Assembly: GCF_006345805.1 (NCBI RefSeq)
Contig: NC_043002.1
Span: 49,538,001 to 49,602,000, forward strand
Length of the DNA: 64,000 nt
Direction of reading: 5' to 3'
Source of the DNA: Octopus sinensis
Taxonomy: Eukaryota
The notes below the pieces were generated by a model, which saw only the letters and a list, made by a program, of their open reading frames with translations, made no database searches and was not told where the DNA came from. This document shows, piece by piece, positions 51,523 through 64,000 of this stretch. Position 1 is the stretch's first letter. Every line of letters begins with the position of its first letter. The translations under genes and the position numbers were made by a program.

Positions 51523-52417
51523 CGAGGGGAAGTCAAAAATTATCCGCACTTTCACCATAACATCATCATCATAATCGTTTAACGTCCGCTTTCCATGCTA
51601 GCATGGGTTGGACGATTTTGACTGAGGGCTGGCGAACCAGATGGCTGCACCAGGCTGCAATCTTGATTTGGCAGAGTTTCTACAGCTGGATGCCCTTCCT
51701 AACGCCAACCACTCCGAGAGTGTAGTAGGTGCTTTTTACGTGCCACCGGCACAGGGGCCAGTCAGGCGGTACTGGCAACGATCTCGCTCAAAACATATCT
51801 TTATTATTGTTTCACTGCTTTCTGTGCATGCATGTTTATAGTTGATACTATTGTGGTCACATGATCGAAGTTTGAGCCTGATAATGCCATTTTTCTTTCT
51901 GGCTTTACAGTGTAAGGATGGCTGTTCCACTACCAATGTGCACCAAAGAAGAACAAAAAAGCAGTGATTCGATTTCTCTGGTCGAAGGGTGTGTCAGTTG
52001 CTGAAATTCATACAGGGACAGTGCACCGCTGTGTAGAAGTGTGTATGAGTGAATCGAGAAGCTTAAAAGTAGCTGAACAAGTGTAATGCACAAAGAGGGA
52101 GCAGGACACCTGTCAACTTCCACCACCGATGAGAAAATTCAGTAAGCTTGTGAGATGGTAAAGGTGAACCGGTTCACCATTACAATCTCTTGGATCACTT
52201 CTCTTTTTACCCATGTTCTTCTTGAGTGCACATTGCTAGTGGAGCAACCATGCTTACACTATAAAGCCAGAAAGAAAAATGGCATGATCAGGTTCAAACT
52301 TCAGTCATGTGACCACAATAGTACCAACTACAAGCATGCGTGCATGCATAGAAGTCAGTGCAACATTAATAAAGATATGTTATAGTGAAAATGTGGATAC
52401 TTTTTGACTTGCCTTCA
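51523..52417 (+). mobile_element. mariner-derived element with long inverted ends and an N-terminal transposase remnant; SINE inserted at about 51563-51790
   Basis: TA-CGAGGGGAAGTCAAAAATTATCCGCAC left end and degenerate inverse at right; MAVPLPMCTKEEQ/AVIRFLWSKGVSVAEIH...RSVYE*IEK...STSTTDEKI. Confidence 0.85.
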
Positions 52418-54564
52418 TGTTTGCAATAAGTGTGCTATCATGACACCAATGTACTCTCACTCACTTCTTCCTGTTAGTTTTAAGAGCTATAATTTCATAA
52501 TGTTATTTTTTTAAACAATCAAGCATGTGCATTTTCTGCGATGATTTGAGAAGCAGTGATGAATGACAATTCTGTAAATAATAATATTTTATAACCTTAA
52601 AACCTAGAAAAAACTACCATGTATTGACTTAAATAAATAGTCTAATATTGGGGTACCAGTTGCCATGTGGTGGTGAAGGACAAACACACACACAGGCGCA
52701 CATATACCTGAAAAACATTCAGGCTTGAAACGCCATCTTTTGCTTTTTCAAGCTAATGTATTCATTGTGAACATCCATTTGACTCTTATTGCTTTTGTTT
52801 TAATTCTTGAAATTGCCATCCATCACTGGTTTGCCTATATACACACATATAATATATATATATATATATATCGTCATTATCATTACTCATCATCATCGTT
52901 TAACATCCATTTTCCATGCTGGCATGGGTTGGGCAGTTTGGCAGGAGCTGGCCAACCAGAGAGCTGCTCTGGCTCCAGTTGTCTGTTTTGGAATTATTTC
53001 TATGACTGGATGCCTTTCCTAATGCCAACCACTTTATAAAGTGTACTGAGTGCTTTTACATAGCTCTGGCATGAGTGCTTCTTATGTAGTACCAGCACAC
53101 ACACACACATATATATATATACATGTGCCTGTGTGTGTACCCTTGTCTTGACATCACAATGGTTGCAATCAAGTATCATCAACATACTAGCAATGCTGCT
53201 TGTTTCCAGTTTCCCATGGACAAATATTACCTTGCTTGGAAACAGGTGAGAGTTGGTGACAGGAAGGGCATCCAACTGTAGAAAATCTGCCTCAACAAAT
53301 TCCATCTGACCCATGCAAGCTTGGAAAAGTGGAAGTTAAATGATGGTGATGATGATGATGAAATGTACAATATGTTTGCTACTACATTAACTTTGGTAGT
53401 GGTGGTTGTGGAGGTATTGGTTATGGTGGTGGTGGTGGTGATAGGTGTAGTGGTGGATTGGACAGTGATTACAATGGTGTTGAGATGGTAACGGTGGTAG
53501 TGGTGATGGTGGTAGCTATGAGGATAATGATGGCAATGGCAGTGCTAGGGGAAACAATGATGGAGATCAAGATGAGGCTGACATGACTGTGATGATGTTG
53601 ATGCTGCTGCTGCTGATGATGATCATGATTGTGATGATGATAGTGGTAAGTGTGGTAGCGGTAAGGATGATGATGGTGATCGTGATGATGATAGTGATGA
53701 GTGTGGTAGCAGTAAGGATGGTGATGGTGATTGTGATGATGATAAGTGTGACAGCAGTAATGATGATGATGATGATGATGGTGATAGCAATGATGAGAGC
53801 GATAATAGTGACAGTGATAATGAGATAATGACAAAAAAATTGTGTGTGTATGTGTGTGGACTGAATCTATGCAAATTGTGTTTGGGTATGTGTGTGTGTG
53901 TGTGTGTGTGTGTGTTTTATTGTGAATTTTTCATTCTACCAATGTCAGCCACAGCAATGTCTCCATCAATTAAATGTCACATGTTAACAGATGGCAGGCT
54001 GAAGTAATATTTCTTCAGCATCTTCTTTCAATAATGATGATGATGATGATGATGGTGGTGGCAATGATGAAGATGGCGACGATGACAGTGCTATAAGTTG
54101 GTCGTCGGGGATGGTGGGAAATGATTCAGTAGCAACGATGATGATGGTGATTGCAATGGTGGTGGTGGTGGTGATGATGATTGTGGTGGTACTCAGGTAA
54201 GGAAATATTGTAATTATAGGTAACAGATTAACAAAAACAAAACAAAAAAAACCAACAAAACAACAAAAATATTAATCCATGAGTTTTGATTTAAATCATA
54301 ACCACTAAATTTCTATTCTGTTTTTTTTTTTTGTGTTTTTTTTTTCCTTCCTTTAGTGTGTGTGTCTCTGTGCATCTGTGTTCATATCAGTTTGTTTTTG
54401 TATGTTTGTTTGTGTGTGTGTGTGTTCTCTCTCTCACCCCCTTTCTTTTTCCCCAACCTCTCCCACTCCTCCTCCATTTTCAATTTTCTGTTTTTTTTTT
54501 ATTTTTAAGTCATTTATTTGCATATGTGATAAATAGCTCTAAGGAATGAGCTAATAATATATAC

Positions 54565-54614
<50 letters not shown>

Positions 54615-55651
54615 CAGTACTATGTGTTGATGACGATAACGATAAATAATGACAGAGTGAATAAGAGGAAAGAGAAAGAATGAGGAGGGAGAGAGAGAGA
54701 AGTGGATAAAGAAGATTAATAATAAATAAATAATTGCAATAAATAAGAATAACAAAGGGGAGAAGATTAATATTAAATAATATAATAATGAGGCTTGTGA
54801 TAATTGTGATGATGATGAGAAGGAGGAGAAGGAAGAGCTGGATATTGATGCCAATAAATAGTAATAATGATGTTTAATACCAAACAACAAATTTTGATGA
54901 AAATAAATAGTTCACGTTGTGATATGATGACAGTGGTGGCGGTGGTGCTGATGATGATGATGACAATAGTGATGGTGATAATGATGATGATAAAATTTAT
55001 GTATTTTGATTTCCAATAACTAAACTGGAGAGCAAAATCTTCAGAGGTGATAGAGAAGAAAAGGGGGCTGGAAGGAAGGAAAGGTGGAAGAAAATGCAAG
55101 GAAAATGAATGAGGTAAAAAAAAAAAAAGAAAAAAAGAAATAAGAAATGGTGGGGGTGGGGAGAGATAAAGAAGGACAGAAAGAAATGAAAGAGAAGCAG
55201 AAAATGTAGGGCAGAAAGAGAGTAAAGAAAAGGTAAAGGGGTGGGGAGGAAAGAGGGAATACAGAAGGCAGGAGTGAATATTGTTTTAATGGTGATTTCT
55301 GTGGGGTTAGGTTTTGTCATAGAGGCTGGACATTTACTTAGAATTTAGTGGGTAAATATTGGACAATAATATCTGCAGCTATGATGTCTGGGGGCAAATA
55401 GATAGTGATTATAATAGTCGAAATGGTGGTGGTGGTTGGGGTGAGGGGCACAAAATTGTTGGATTAGGAGTTAGACCTAACCATTTAGCATTTAAGCTGG
55501 TCATGCATGACCGGAATATTCTGCCTGTTTTATGTTCAAACTGGCCAGATCCAGCCTCTTACACCTACCCTACAATGTCATTCTAAAAATAAATAATCAC
55601 AACATTGAAATCTCAAAGTCACAAGTTAATGCATAGGTTAATCCTTCAGCA

Positions 55652-55782
55652 CAGTGGTTCCCAACCTGTGGTCCGCAAAGATAGTAATGGGGGTCTGACA
55701 GACCTTTCAATATCCTGGGGTCTGTGGGAAAACTCATTTAAATAAAAGGGGTCCTTGGTAGTGAAAAGGTTGGGAACCACTA
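55652..55782. mobile_element. hAT MITE
   Basis: TIR CAGTGGTTCCCAACC/GGTTGGGAACCACTA; 8-bp TSD CTTCAGCA/CTTTAGCA. Confidence 0.85.
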
Positions 55783-56350
55783 CTTTAGCAGATAAACCAG
55801 CCATATCTGGCTCAAATATTCTACCTATTTTATGTTGATACCAGCTAGATCCAGCCTTTTACGCCTGTCCTACAATGTCATTCTAGAAATACTCAACTGC
55901 ATCATCAACATTTTTAAGCTACAAGATACCGCATGATTAATTCCAGATAATATAAATGAATGAGTATTAATCCGACAGAGTAATCTGAATGTTGGTGAGT
56001 TAAGTTAGAGCAATTTTGAAAGAGATATGAGAAATGGAATGGTGAAAAATGCTACTAGTCCATAATGTAAAATGGTTGGAAGTACAAAAGCCATCAAGCC
56101 AGAAAAAAAATTTGCTAGAAGGAATAAGCAAAGAAGACATGGTCTCCATAAACAGCAACTTATGTAAGTATGGGTTAAAGTTTATGTAAAATATAGCGGT
56201 GCCCCAGTATGGCCACAGCTTGTGAGCTGAAACTAGATAAAATAAAAATAAAAATAAAAATTACTATGTTGCATTGAGCTGTAAATATTTGGATTATCCT
56301 CTGCTTGTCCTATCAAGCTCCTGTTCTGAGTGGTAAAGCAAGTGGGGTGG

Positions 56351-56800
56351 AACACTGCTACATGTTGACTGAACATTGCTACATGTAAATGGAGTGCTGG
56401 ATGCAGATGAAACACGACTACATGTTGAAGCATTGTTTACATGTAGATGGAGTATCAGATGCAGGTAGAACACTGCCACGTGTTGATGGAGTATTGCTAC
56501 ATGTAAATGGAGTGCTGGATACAGACAAAACATGACTACATGTTGAAGCATTGTTACATGTACATGGAGTATCAGATGCAGGTAGAACACTGCCACATGT
56601 TGATGGAGTATTGCTACATGTAAATGGAGAGCTAGATGCAAATGTGACACTTTCACATGTTGACTGAGCATTACTACATGTAGAAGGAGCACTAGATGTA
56701 GATGTAACACTGCCACATTGATGGAACATTGCTACATGTAAATGAAACACCAGTCACAGAAGGAAGACTGCCACAAGTTGATAGAGCATTTTTACATGTA
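56351..56800. repeat. Degenerate ~60-bp tandem repeat (about 7.5 units)
   Basis: Units start at 56376, 56433, 56494, 56551, 56611, 56671, 56729 and 56789 (lengths 57, 61, 57, 60, 60, 58, 60). Confidence 0.9.
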
Positions 56801-58750
56801 ATCTACCTAAAAGAGCAGGAACTCTTTTTAAAAACTGATACATGGTATAGAGGAGAGTGTTTTGTTTTGCCATAAGCAATTTTTCTCTGTTCTGGATGGT
56901 GCAAAGTCTAAAAGAAAACATACATGGCTTAAGCAACAAGAAAGATTGGCAGCTACCTCTGTGGATGAGTGTGACGAGTGGTGAGTGCTGAGACATTGCA
57001 TGACCTACACAACCTTATGTCACCATCATAAAACAAATGAGAAAGATAATGAATCTCAGTTCATACTCGGCTGTCTTAGAAAAGAAAGGACACATTGGAC
57101 AGTAAATTCTTTATCATCATCATAATGTCTGCCTTCCATGCTGGCATGGGTTGGATGGTTTGACAGGAGCTGGCCAGGTAGAAGACAACACCATGCTTCT
57201 GTGTCTGTTTTGGCATGGTTTTTATGGCTGGATGCCCTTCCTAATATCAACCAGCCTGTAGAGTGGATTGAGTGTTTTTTTATGTGGCACCAGCACAGCC
57301 AAGGATTCTTAGATATACGAAAGAAAAAAAACCTGGATGATTACAGCTGGAATACTTTTGATCATACATCTGCTTGATTAAGGCTGACTTGGAGCTAAAC
57401 AACAATAACAACAGCTACAATCTTCTTTCATTGCATCAGAATGTTTGCTAGTAGGATGAGAAGCAAAAAGAGCGAGTACCACAGAACTTGGGGTACTGTG
57501 ACATATCCGGAGTGGTTAAAGTGCTATAAGAACAATATGGTGGATATCAAGAGGGAAAGATGTGGGGAAGAGAAATCCAATAAAATAAACAAAATCCTGA
57601 GTAAGATGAATAAAATAGAGGAGTAAGTACTTAGGGGACAGAAAATGCCTTAATGACCCACAAGGAGTTGATAGTACAAGACTGAGAACATGGTCCTTGG
57701 TGAGGAATGAGGGCATTTCTAGTTGTCTGCTATTTATAGTATGTCAGCTATATTGATTAAATGTGTATTTGCCAATAATTTCTTTGTTTAGAATTCATTA
57801 TAAATCGCTTTTTATAATGTTTTATTTATAATTACTGAATACATAACATAAAAACAAAAGCTAGTTTGTTCCATTTATTAGATTTTCTGAATATGACCTA
57901 CTCAGTTCCTGATTAAGTAAACTTTAAGTTATTAATATAAAATGGTTCTTTGTCTTTAGATTACTTACAATAATGGCTCAGAGAATACAAAGCTTGTTTA
58001 TGACTGAAAGTAATCCAACTGTGACCATCCTGTGTTTTGGTATACCAGTGACAACGTTGCCTAATGCATCCTTTCTTTAGTGGTTTCAGAGAATAGAAAT
58101 TTTTGCTGCTGGTTGTTTAGTCCTGTACCAGCCCTGCTCAAACAGATCTTATTGTGGTTACACATTTTAGTATCTCAGAAAGAGAGTATTGTCAGGTGCA
58201 CCCTACCTTATTTTGTGTGATATGAAAAAGATTTATTTGGCTGGTATTATATTGATTATATTTTTAACAAGTACCGATTTTGATTTGAGAGCTCTTCCCA
58301 GGCGGCATCTTTTTTTAAATATTGGTTAATAATTAGTGTAAGTACTGTCACAAACAGTGAGGTAGCATCTACTAGCAGAATACTGCACAAAGAATAAGAT
58401 GTAAAAGGAAACCAGAAGTACAATGTTTCACCTTCTATCCCACCCAAATCTATTTTAGCCTCCTTCATAGCTCTCTATATTTTTTCCTTGCCACATTTTT
58501 TTTTTGTCTTGCAAGTACTTGATGACCTTGTCAGTGCAAAGTGCCACTTAAAAGCACCCAGTCCATACTGTAAAGTGGTTGGTGTTCGGAAGGGCATCCA
58601 GCTGTAAAAACCTTGCCAGTAAAAAGCGCTATTGATGTCGCCTGTACTTGTGCCATATAAAAAGCACTACTGACCTCGCCTGTGCCATGTAAAAAGCACT
58701 AAGTCCACTCTGCTGAGTGGTTGGTGTTAGGAAGGGCATCCAGCTGTAAA

Positions 58751-58824
58751 AATCCTGCCAAAACAGTCACGGAAATCTGGAGCAGGCTTCTGCACCAGAT
58801 TTCCATGACTGTTTTGGCAGGATT
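58751..58824. ncRNA. Pre-miRNA-sized fold-back hairpin derived from a SINE tail
   Basis: 30-bp arms with one mismatch, an A/A mismatch, 4 more bp and a 4-nt loop. Confidence 0.35.
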
Positions 58825-59319
58825 AGTGAATTCTAATTTTCATATAGAAGTCAAACTTATTTTTTCAGATCTTTACAAAAAATACAAACAACATGTTTCG
58901 GAGAGACAAAATCTAGGTAACCTGGTCTATTTACTCTGTTGCATTCTATAGCAGTGAGTGCTTCAGGGTGTTGAATGAGATGAAGACATTTGTGAGGGTA
59001 TGCAAAGAGTATTATCATCATTTAAAAATTTCTTTAAAGTCATCTATAATATAGCAGTCACCACAGTACCAGAAGTGTAGAAAAAATACCTAAACTTCTC
59101 TCTTTTGCTCTCTCTTTACCCTTTTACTTGTTTCAGTCATTTGACTGTGGCCATGCTGGAGCACCACCTTTAGTCGAGCAAATCGACCCCAGGACTTATT
59201 CTTTGTAAGCCTAGTACTTATTCTATTGGTCTCTTTTACTGAACTGCTAAGTTACAGGGATGTAAGCATCGGTTGTCAAGCAATGGCAGGGGGACAAACA
59301 CAGACACACAAGATATGCA

Positions 59320-59545
59320 ATGATATGCATCTGCAAAATCCTGGAAGTCCTTGTACCATCTAACTTTGGCATTGAAAGATACACAAATAGCAGAAAGGGG
59401 TGCCACTGCATAGTGCCAAACATCCCAGCATCATCATCAAAATACAGAACCAGACACTGCAACAGCTTGATTTTCAAGGGCCCACTGCTCTTCAATATTA
59501 TTCCAAAACGCCTAAGAGACCTGCATGGTGTGGATGTGGGTGTCT
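59320..59545 (+). pseudogene. CR1-group LINE ORF2 C-terminal fragment
   Basis: KILEVLVPSNFG...NSLIFKGPLLFNIIPKRLRDLHGVDVGVFKTKLD resembles CR1-group ORF2 ends. Confidence 0.7.
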
Positions 59546-59711
59546 TTAAAACAAAACTGGATATATATATTTATGTGTATGTATATCTGTTTATATTGAC
59601 GCGTCACATATTTGAGTGAGTGTATGCGTGTGTGCACATGAATATAAACATGGAACATTTTATAGGACTTTCTATTAACTTGTCGGTTTGATAAGTTTGT
59701 TATTTATATCC

Positions 59712-59795
59712 TTTCCTGATGAGATTGATGCATTGCTGACCATAATTTATCCTGTTGGACATTTTGGAGTGCATCCGTCGAAACATATGTAGAAG
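59712..59795 (+). ncRNA. Type I hammerhead ribozyme (Penelope-type) within a ~300-bp remnant (59640-59940) ending at (TA)n
   Basis: Stem I TTTC/GAAG; CTGATGA (59716-22); stem II GAT-T-GATGCATT/AGTGCATC-C-GTC; GAAAC (59780-84); palindromic stem III ACATATGT; GUA triplet (59789-91). Confidence 0.75.
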
Positions 59796-59943
59796 ACTTC
59801 AAGATATAAATGGTTTAACAACATCCCAAGAGTTTGTCTCCTTATTCAGTTTTTCTATTTTCTACTAAATACGACTTACTATTTCAGAATTAAATCCTGG
59901 GAAAACTTAAACAACACTTAGCTACCTGGATTTTCCCTATAAA

Positions 59944-60391
59944 ATATATATATATATATATATATGTATGTATATATATATATATATTTATGTATATGTG
60001 TATATATATATATATGTATGTGTGTATGTATATATGTATGTGTGTATGTATATATGTATGTGTATATATATATATATGTATGTATATGTATATATATATG
60101 TGTATATATATGTATGTATATATATATATATATAAGTATATGTATGTATATATATAAGTATATGTATGTATATATATATCTAAGTATATGTATGTGTATA
60201 TATATATAAGTATATATATGTATGTGTGTATATATATATATGTATGTATATGTATATATATGTGTATATATATGTATGTATATATATATATATATATATA
60301 AGTATATGTATGTATATATATAAGTATATGTATGTATATATATATATCTAAGTATATGTATGTGTATATATATATAAGTATATATATATGT

Positions 60392-60427
<36 letters not shown>
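59944..60427. repeat. Compound (TA)n/(TATG)n satellite
   Basis: Direct inspection. Confidence 0.95.
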
Positions 60428-61214
60428 GGTGTATGGTATATACATTGACCTGTTTAAACTATGTTTTTTTTCTTTCCTGAGAGCAGAAGGAATGCTGCAT
60501 CTTTAAATTTGTCTATCTTTTAATCTTTCTCTCCTCGCTTCTCATTTTCTCTTTCCATCATCTACTTCACTGATGTCGAGGTGCTACTCTATACATCAAC
60601 TATTGATTGACAACTTCAATGACAGCTCCTAAGCAAACTGTTGCTGATGACTGATGATGAAGAAGCTATCTTCAATGTTGTGCAGTATCTGCTTTGTTTG
60701 TTGCACAGTAGCTGCTGTTGCTTACTTGCTAGCCTTGACCATTGCACACTAGCAACGGCTGTTGTTATCTTCACCACCATTGCAGACATAGCAACTTGTA
60801 ATATCTTCACTGTTGCACACTGCAACTATTGTTGGTGTTGTTGTTGTTGGAACGATTGTTGCACAGTGGAAATTGCCGATGTTGTTGTTGTTGTTGGTGG
60901 TGTTGCAATAAATGATGTTGCACCATGGAATTTGTTGTTGCTATTGTTGTTGTCTCGACTACCGGTGCAGACGCAGCGACTTGCAATTCTTCCTCTGTTG
61001 CACAATGGCAACCATTGCGTATGTTGCAATGATTGCTGCTTAGCAGAAATTGCTCATGTTGTTGGCGACGTTGTTGTTGCAAACGGCTGTTTGCACCATA
61101 GAATCTCTCATTGTTTTTCCTTTACAAATTCTTGCAGCTGCAGCAACTTTTATTGCTTCCTTCCGCCCCACCTCCCCCCCACTCCCCATTGCACAATGAG
61201 AACTCTTGTTGTTG

Positions 61215-61246
<32 letters not shown>

Positions 61247-61692
61247 GGTGGTGTTGTTGCAACAAGTGAATCATCTGTCCATTTGTGCTAAGAGGACAGC
61301 GTGTCAATCAGTTGTTATACAAAGGAGGGATGATGGACAGGTGACAGTTTGAAGTGACATTTAGGTAGGATGAACCAGAAAGACAGATGGGGATATAATA
61401 GAAAGCACAGCACTGTGTATATGTGTATTTGCACATGCAAGAATGTGTGTGTGTGTGTGTGCATATGTGATGTTACATTCTAAGGGTGTGTATAAGTGTG
61501 TTTACACTGTGTATTTTGTATTTGTCAGTGCCTGTTTGCCCTGCATGCATGTGTGTACGTGATTAAATATATATATACAAATTTGTGTTTATGTGTATAT
61601 AAGTATGTATACATGTGTTAATATATGTATATATATATTGCTGTGTGTGTGTATGTGTGTCGACGTTTATATATATATATATGCATATATGC

Positions 61693-61742
<50 letters not shown>

Positions 61743-62325
61743 GCATATATGCTTCTGTGTATATATATATATATGCTTGTATATATATATGTGTGTGTGT
61801 GCATATATATATATATATATATGTCTCTATATAGATGTCTGTGTTTATATGTATGCATATATGCTTGTATATATATATGTTTGTGTGTATGTGTGTAAAT
61901 ATATATATACATATAGTCAGTGTGTACAGATATGTGTGTGTGTATGTGTATATATATGTGTGTGTGCGTATATATATATATATATATATAGATAGATAGA
62001 GAGACAGAGAGAGAGATAGATAGATAGATGGATAGACAGATAGATGTCCATGTGTATGAGTTGCATATTAGAAATTTGACACATGTTTCTGTATGTGCAA
62101 TGGATGTAAGGCACAGTGTGTGTGCATGTGTGTGTGTGTGTATGCGTGCACATGCTTGTGTGTGGTGTGTGTGTGTGTATGGTGTACAGAAAATGTCAGA
62201 AGCAGATCTAGTGTGACTGAAGCAAGCAAGTGCTGAATTACAACAGATGGTAAAATTAATTATTAGCCTTCCATCTCTTAACTTCACTCACATATAGACG
62301 TAATTATAATAAATGACTACACACG

Positions 62326-62372
<47 letters not shown>

Positions 62373-62460
62373 GTAGGCCATGATTTTACTCATGATATTT
62401 TCACAATCATACATATACATGCATACACACGTGTGTGTGTGTGTATTTATATATATATAT

Positions 62461-62493
<33 letters not shown>

Positions 62494-62582
62494 ATTAATT
62501 GGGAAACATGTATTTTTGTGGTTGAAACCTATTGGATTAACTGGTGCTAGAGTGAGCCATATAGTGACCACTCTCTTATATT

Positions 62583-62614
<32 letters not shown>

Positions 62615-63212
62615 GGAAGTGCGGAAGTGTCATACTCACACCTATATACAAGAATATGTGCATGTGCTTGTGTGTATAATGCTTTCATACAATATATATA
62701 TATATAAGCAGTATATACTCATGCACTCACATATATACATACATATGCATATTTTCTCAATGTATTTTTTATATACCCGCACACACATGAAGTTATATGA
62801 ATATATACACACCATCACTTATATATACATTTTAAACACACACATACACCCTCTCTCATTTTCTCTCTCTCTCTCTATCTTTCTCTCTCATTCATAATCT
62901 TCTATTTTCTGTTTCCATAGTAATATTTGTCTAATTCTAAATAGAGATCAAGATTCTGCTATTCTCCAAATAACTTATCTCTCTCTCCCTCTCCATTCAC
63001 TTCCTGAAGCCCTTTCTCTACTATCTAACACCCACCTTCAGCTTGCAGCATGGATCTAAAGAGAAGGTACATCGTAAAGAACCAAACTAAAAAAGTTACA
63101 AATAATTTTAGACTTTATATTGTTTTACCACAGCATTAGAGTAAATTTCATCATATCATTGTTCCAAGTAGCTTATAGAGAAACACACATTTTCATCATT
63201 ATCATCATCATT

Positions 63213-63395
63213 TTAACCCTTTTTTATTCACATTATTCTGTCCAGGTAATGTTTATTTATTCACGTTGTTTTGAATTAATCATGCATTATAATTTAGTTT
63301 TAAGATTTTGATGAGGTAACCGTTAACTTTAAGAAGGATATTGTAGGGTAGGTGTGAGAGGCTGAATCTGGCCAGTTTGAACATAAAGCAGGTGA
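63213..63395. mobile_element. piggyBac-like MITE, truncated
   Basis: TTAA-CCCTT left end; body as in 7755-7978. Confidence 0.65.
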
Positions 63396-63409
63396 GGAAG
63401 CATGATCTT

Positions 63410-63820
63410 TGAATGATGGGCCTCATGGAGGCAATGACAGGTGACTGAGACATTTGGCCATATGCTGTGCTTGAGAAGCCCGTCAAGCCAAGTGAAATCG
63501 TAGTCTTGGTTGTTACCAATGTCACATAACTGATACTTGTGCTGATAGCACATGAAAAACATCCTTCAAACATTGGGCCTCATGGAGGCTATGACAGGTG
63601 ACTGAGACCTTTGGCGGTATGCTGTGCTTCAGAAGAATTGTCAAGTCAAGTGGAATCATAGTCGTGGCCAGTGCTGGTGTCATGTAACTGGCACCAATGT
63701 TGGTAACATGTAAAAAGCACTCACTACACTCTTGGAGTGGTTGGCATTAGGAAAGGCATCCAGCAGTAGAAACCATGCCAAATCAGACTGGAAGCAGACA
63801 CTGAATGATGTTGATGATGG
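63410..63820 (+). mobile_element. RTE-tailed composite retroposon with two 157-bp internal repeats
   Basis: TGGGCCTCATGGAGGC at 63417 and 63574, followed by CATGTAAAAAGCAC and the TGGCATTAGGAAAGGCATCC core. Confidence 0.7.
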
Positions 63821-64000
63821 CTGATGTAAAAGCTAAAGACTTAAAATCCACTTTTCTATGCTTGTATGGGGTAGACAGAATTTGTTGAGGCAGATTTTTC
63901 TTTCTACAGCTGGATACCCTTCCTTTCACCAACCCTGGCCTGTTTCTATGTAAAATGATATATCCCCTTACACAAACATGTTTTCTCCCAGATGACTGGA

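Noticed and set aside
57441-57626. 61-aa ORF as a gene or LINE fragment
   Set aside because: No recognisable motif or splice signals.
60641-61291. 216-aa plus-strand Cys/Val-rich ORF as a gene
   Set aside because: Its composition follows the GTT/TGC repeats, it has a non-ATG start and no domain; kept only as a motif island.

Overview
Eukaryotic, AT-rich, microsatellite- and SINE-saturated DNA typical of an octopus (coleoid cephalopod) genome; the species assignment is an inference. The only confident gene is a teashirt/tiptop (TSHZ) zinc-finger transcription factor on the minus strand. Its large coding exon (3306->1, about 1,100 codons, running off the window edge, absent from the supplied ORF track) carries PLDLS and PLNLS CtBP motifs, the KLVRGQDMW signature and five zinc fingers. 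The remaining ~60 kb is intron or upstream sequence. It holds several tRNA-derived SINE families, RTE and CR1-type LINE fragments, Tc1, mariner, hAT and piggyBac-type DNA transposon remnants, local tandem and inverted duplications, and candidate cis-regulatory motif clusters. The most notable unexplained structure is a set of Penelope-type minimal hammerhead ribozyme motifs (7.6 kb, 15.1/15.6 kb, 59.7 kb), each in an insert next to (TA)n. One sits in a perfect 319-bp-arm palindrome that places a hammerhead on each strand, each preceded by its own antisense copy. All folds and translations were done by hand; nothing was database-searched.
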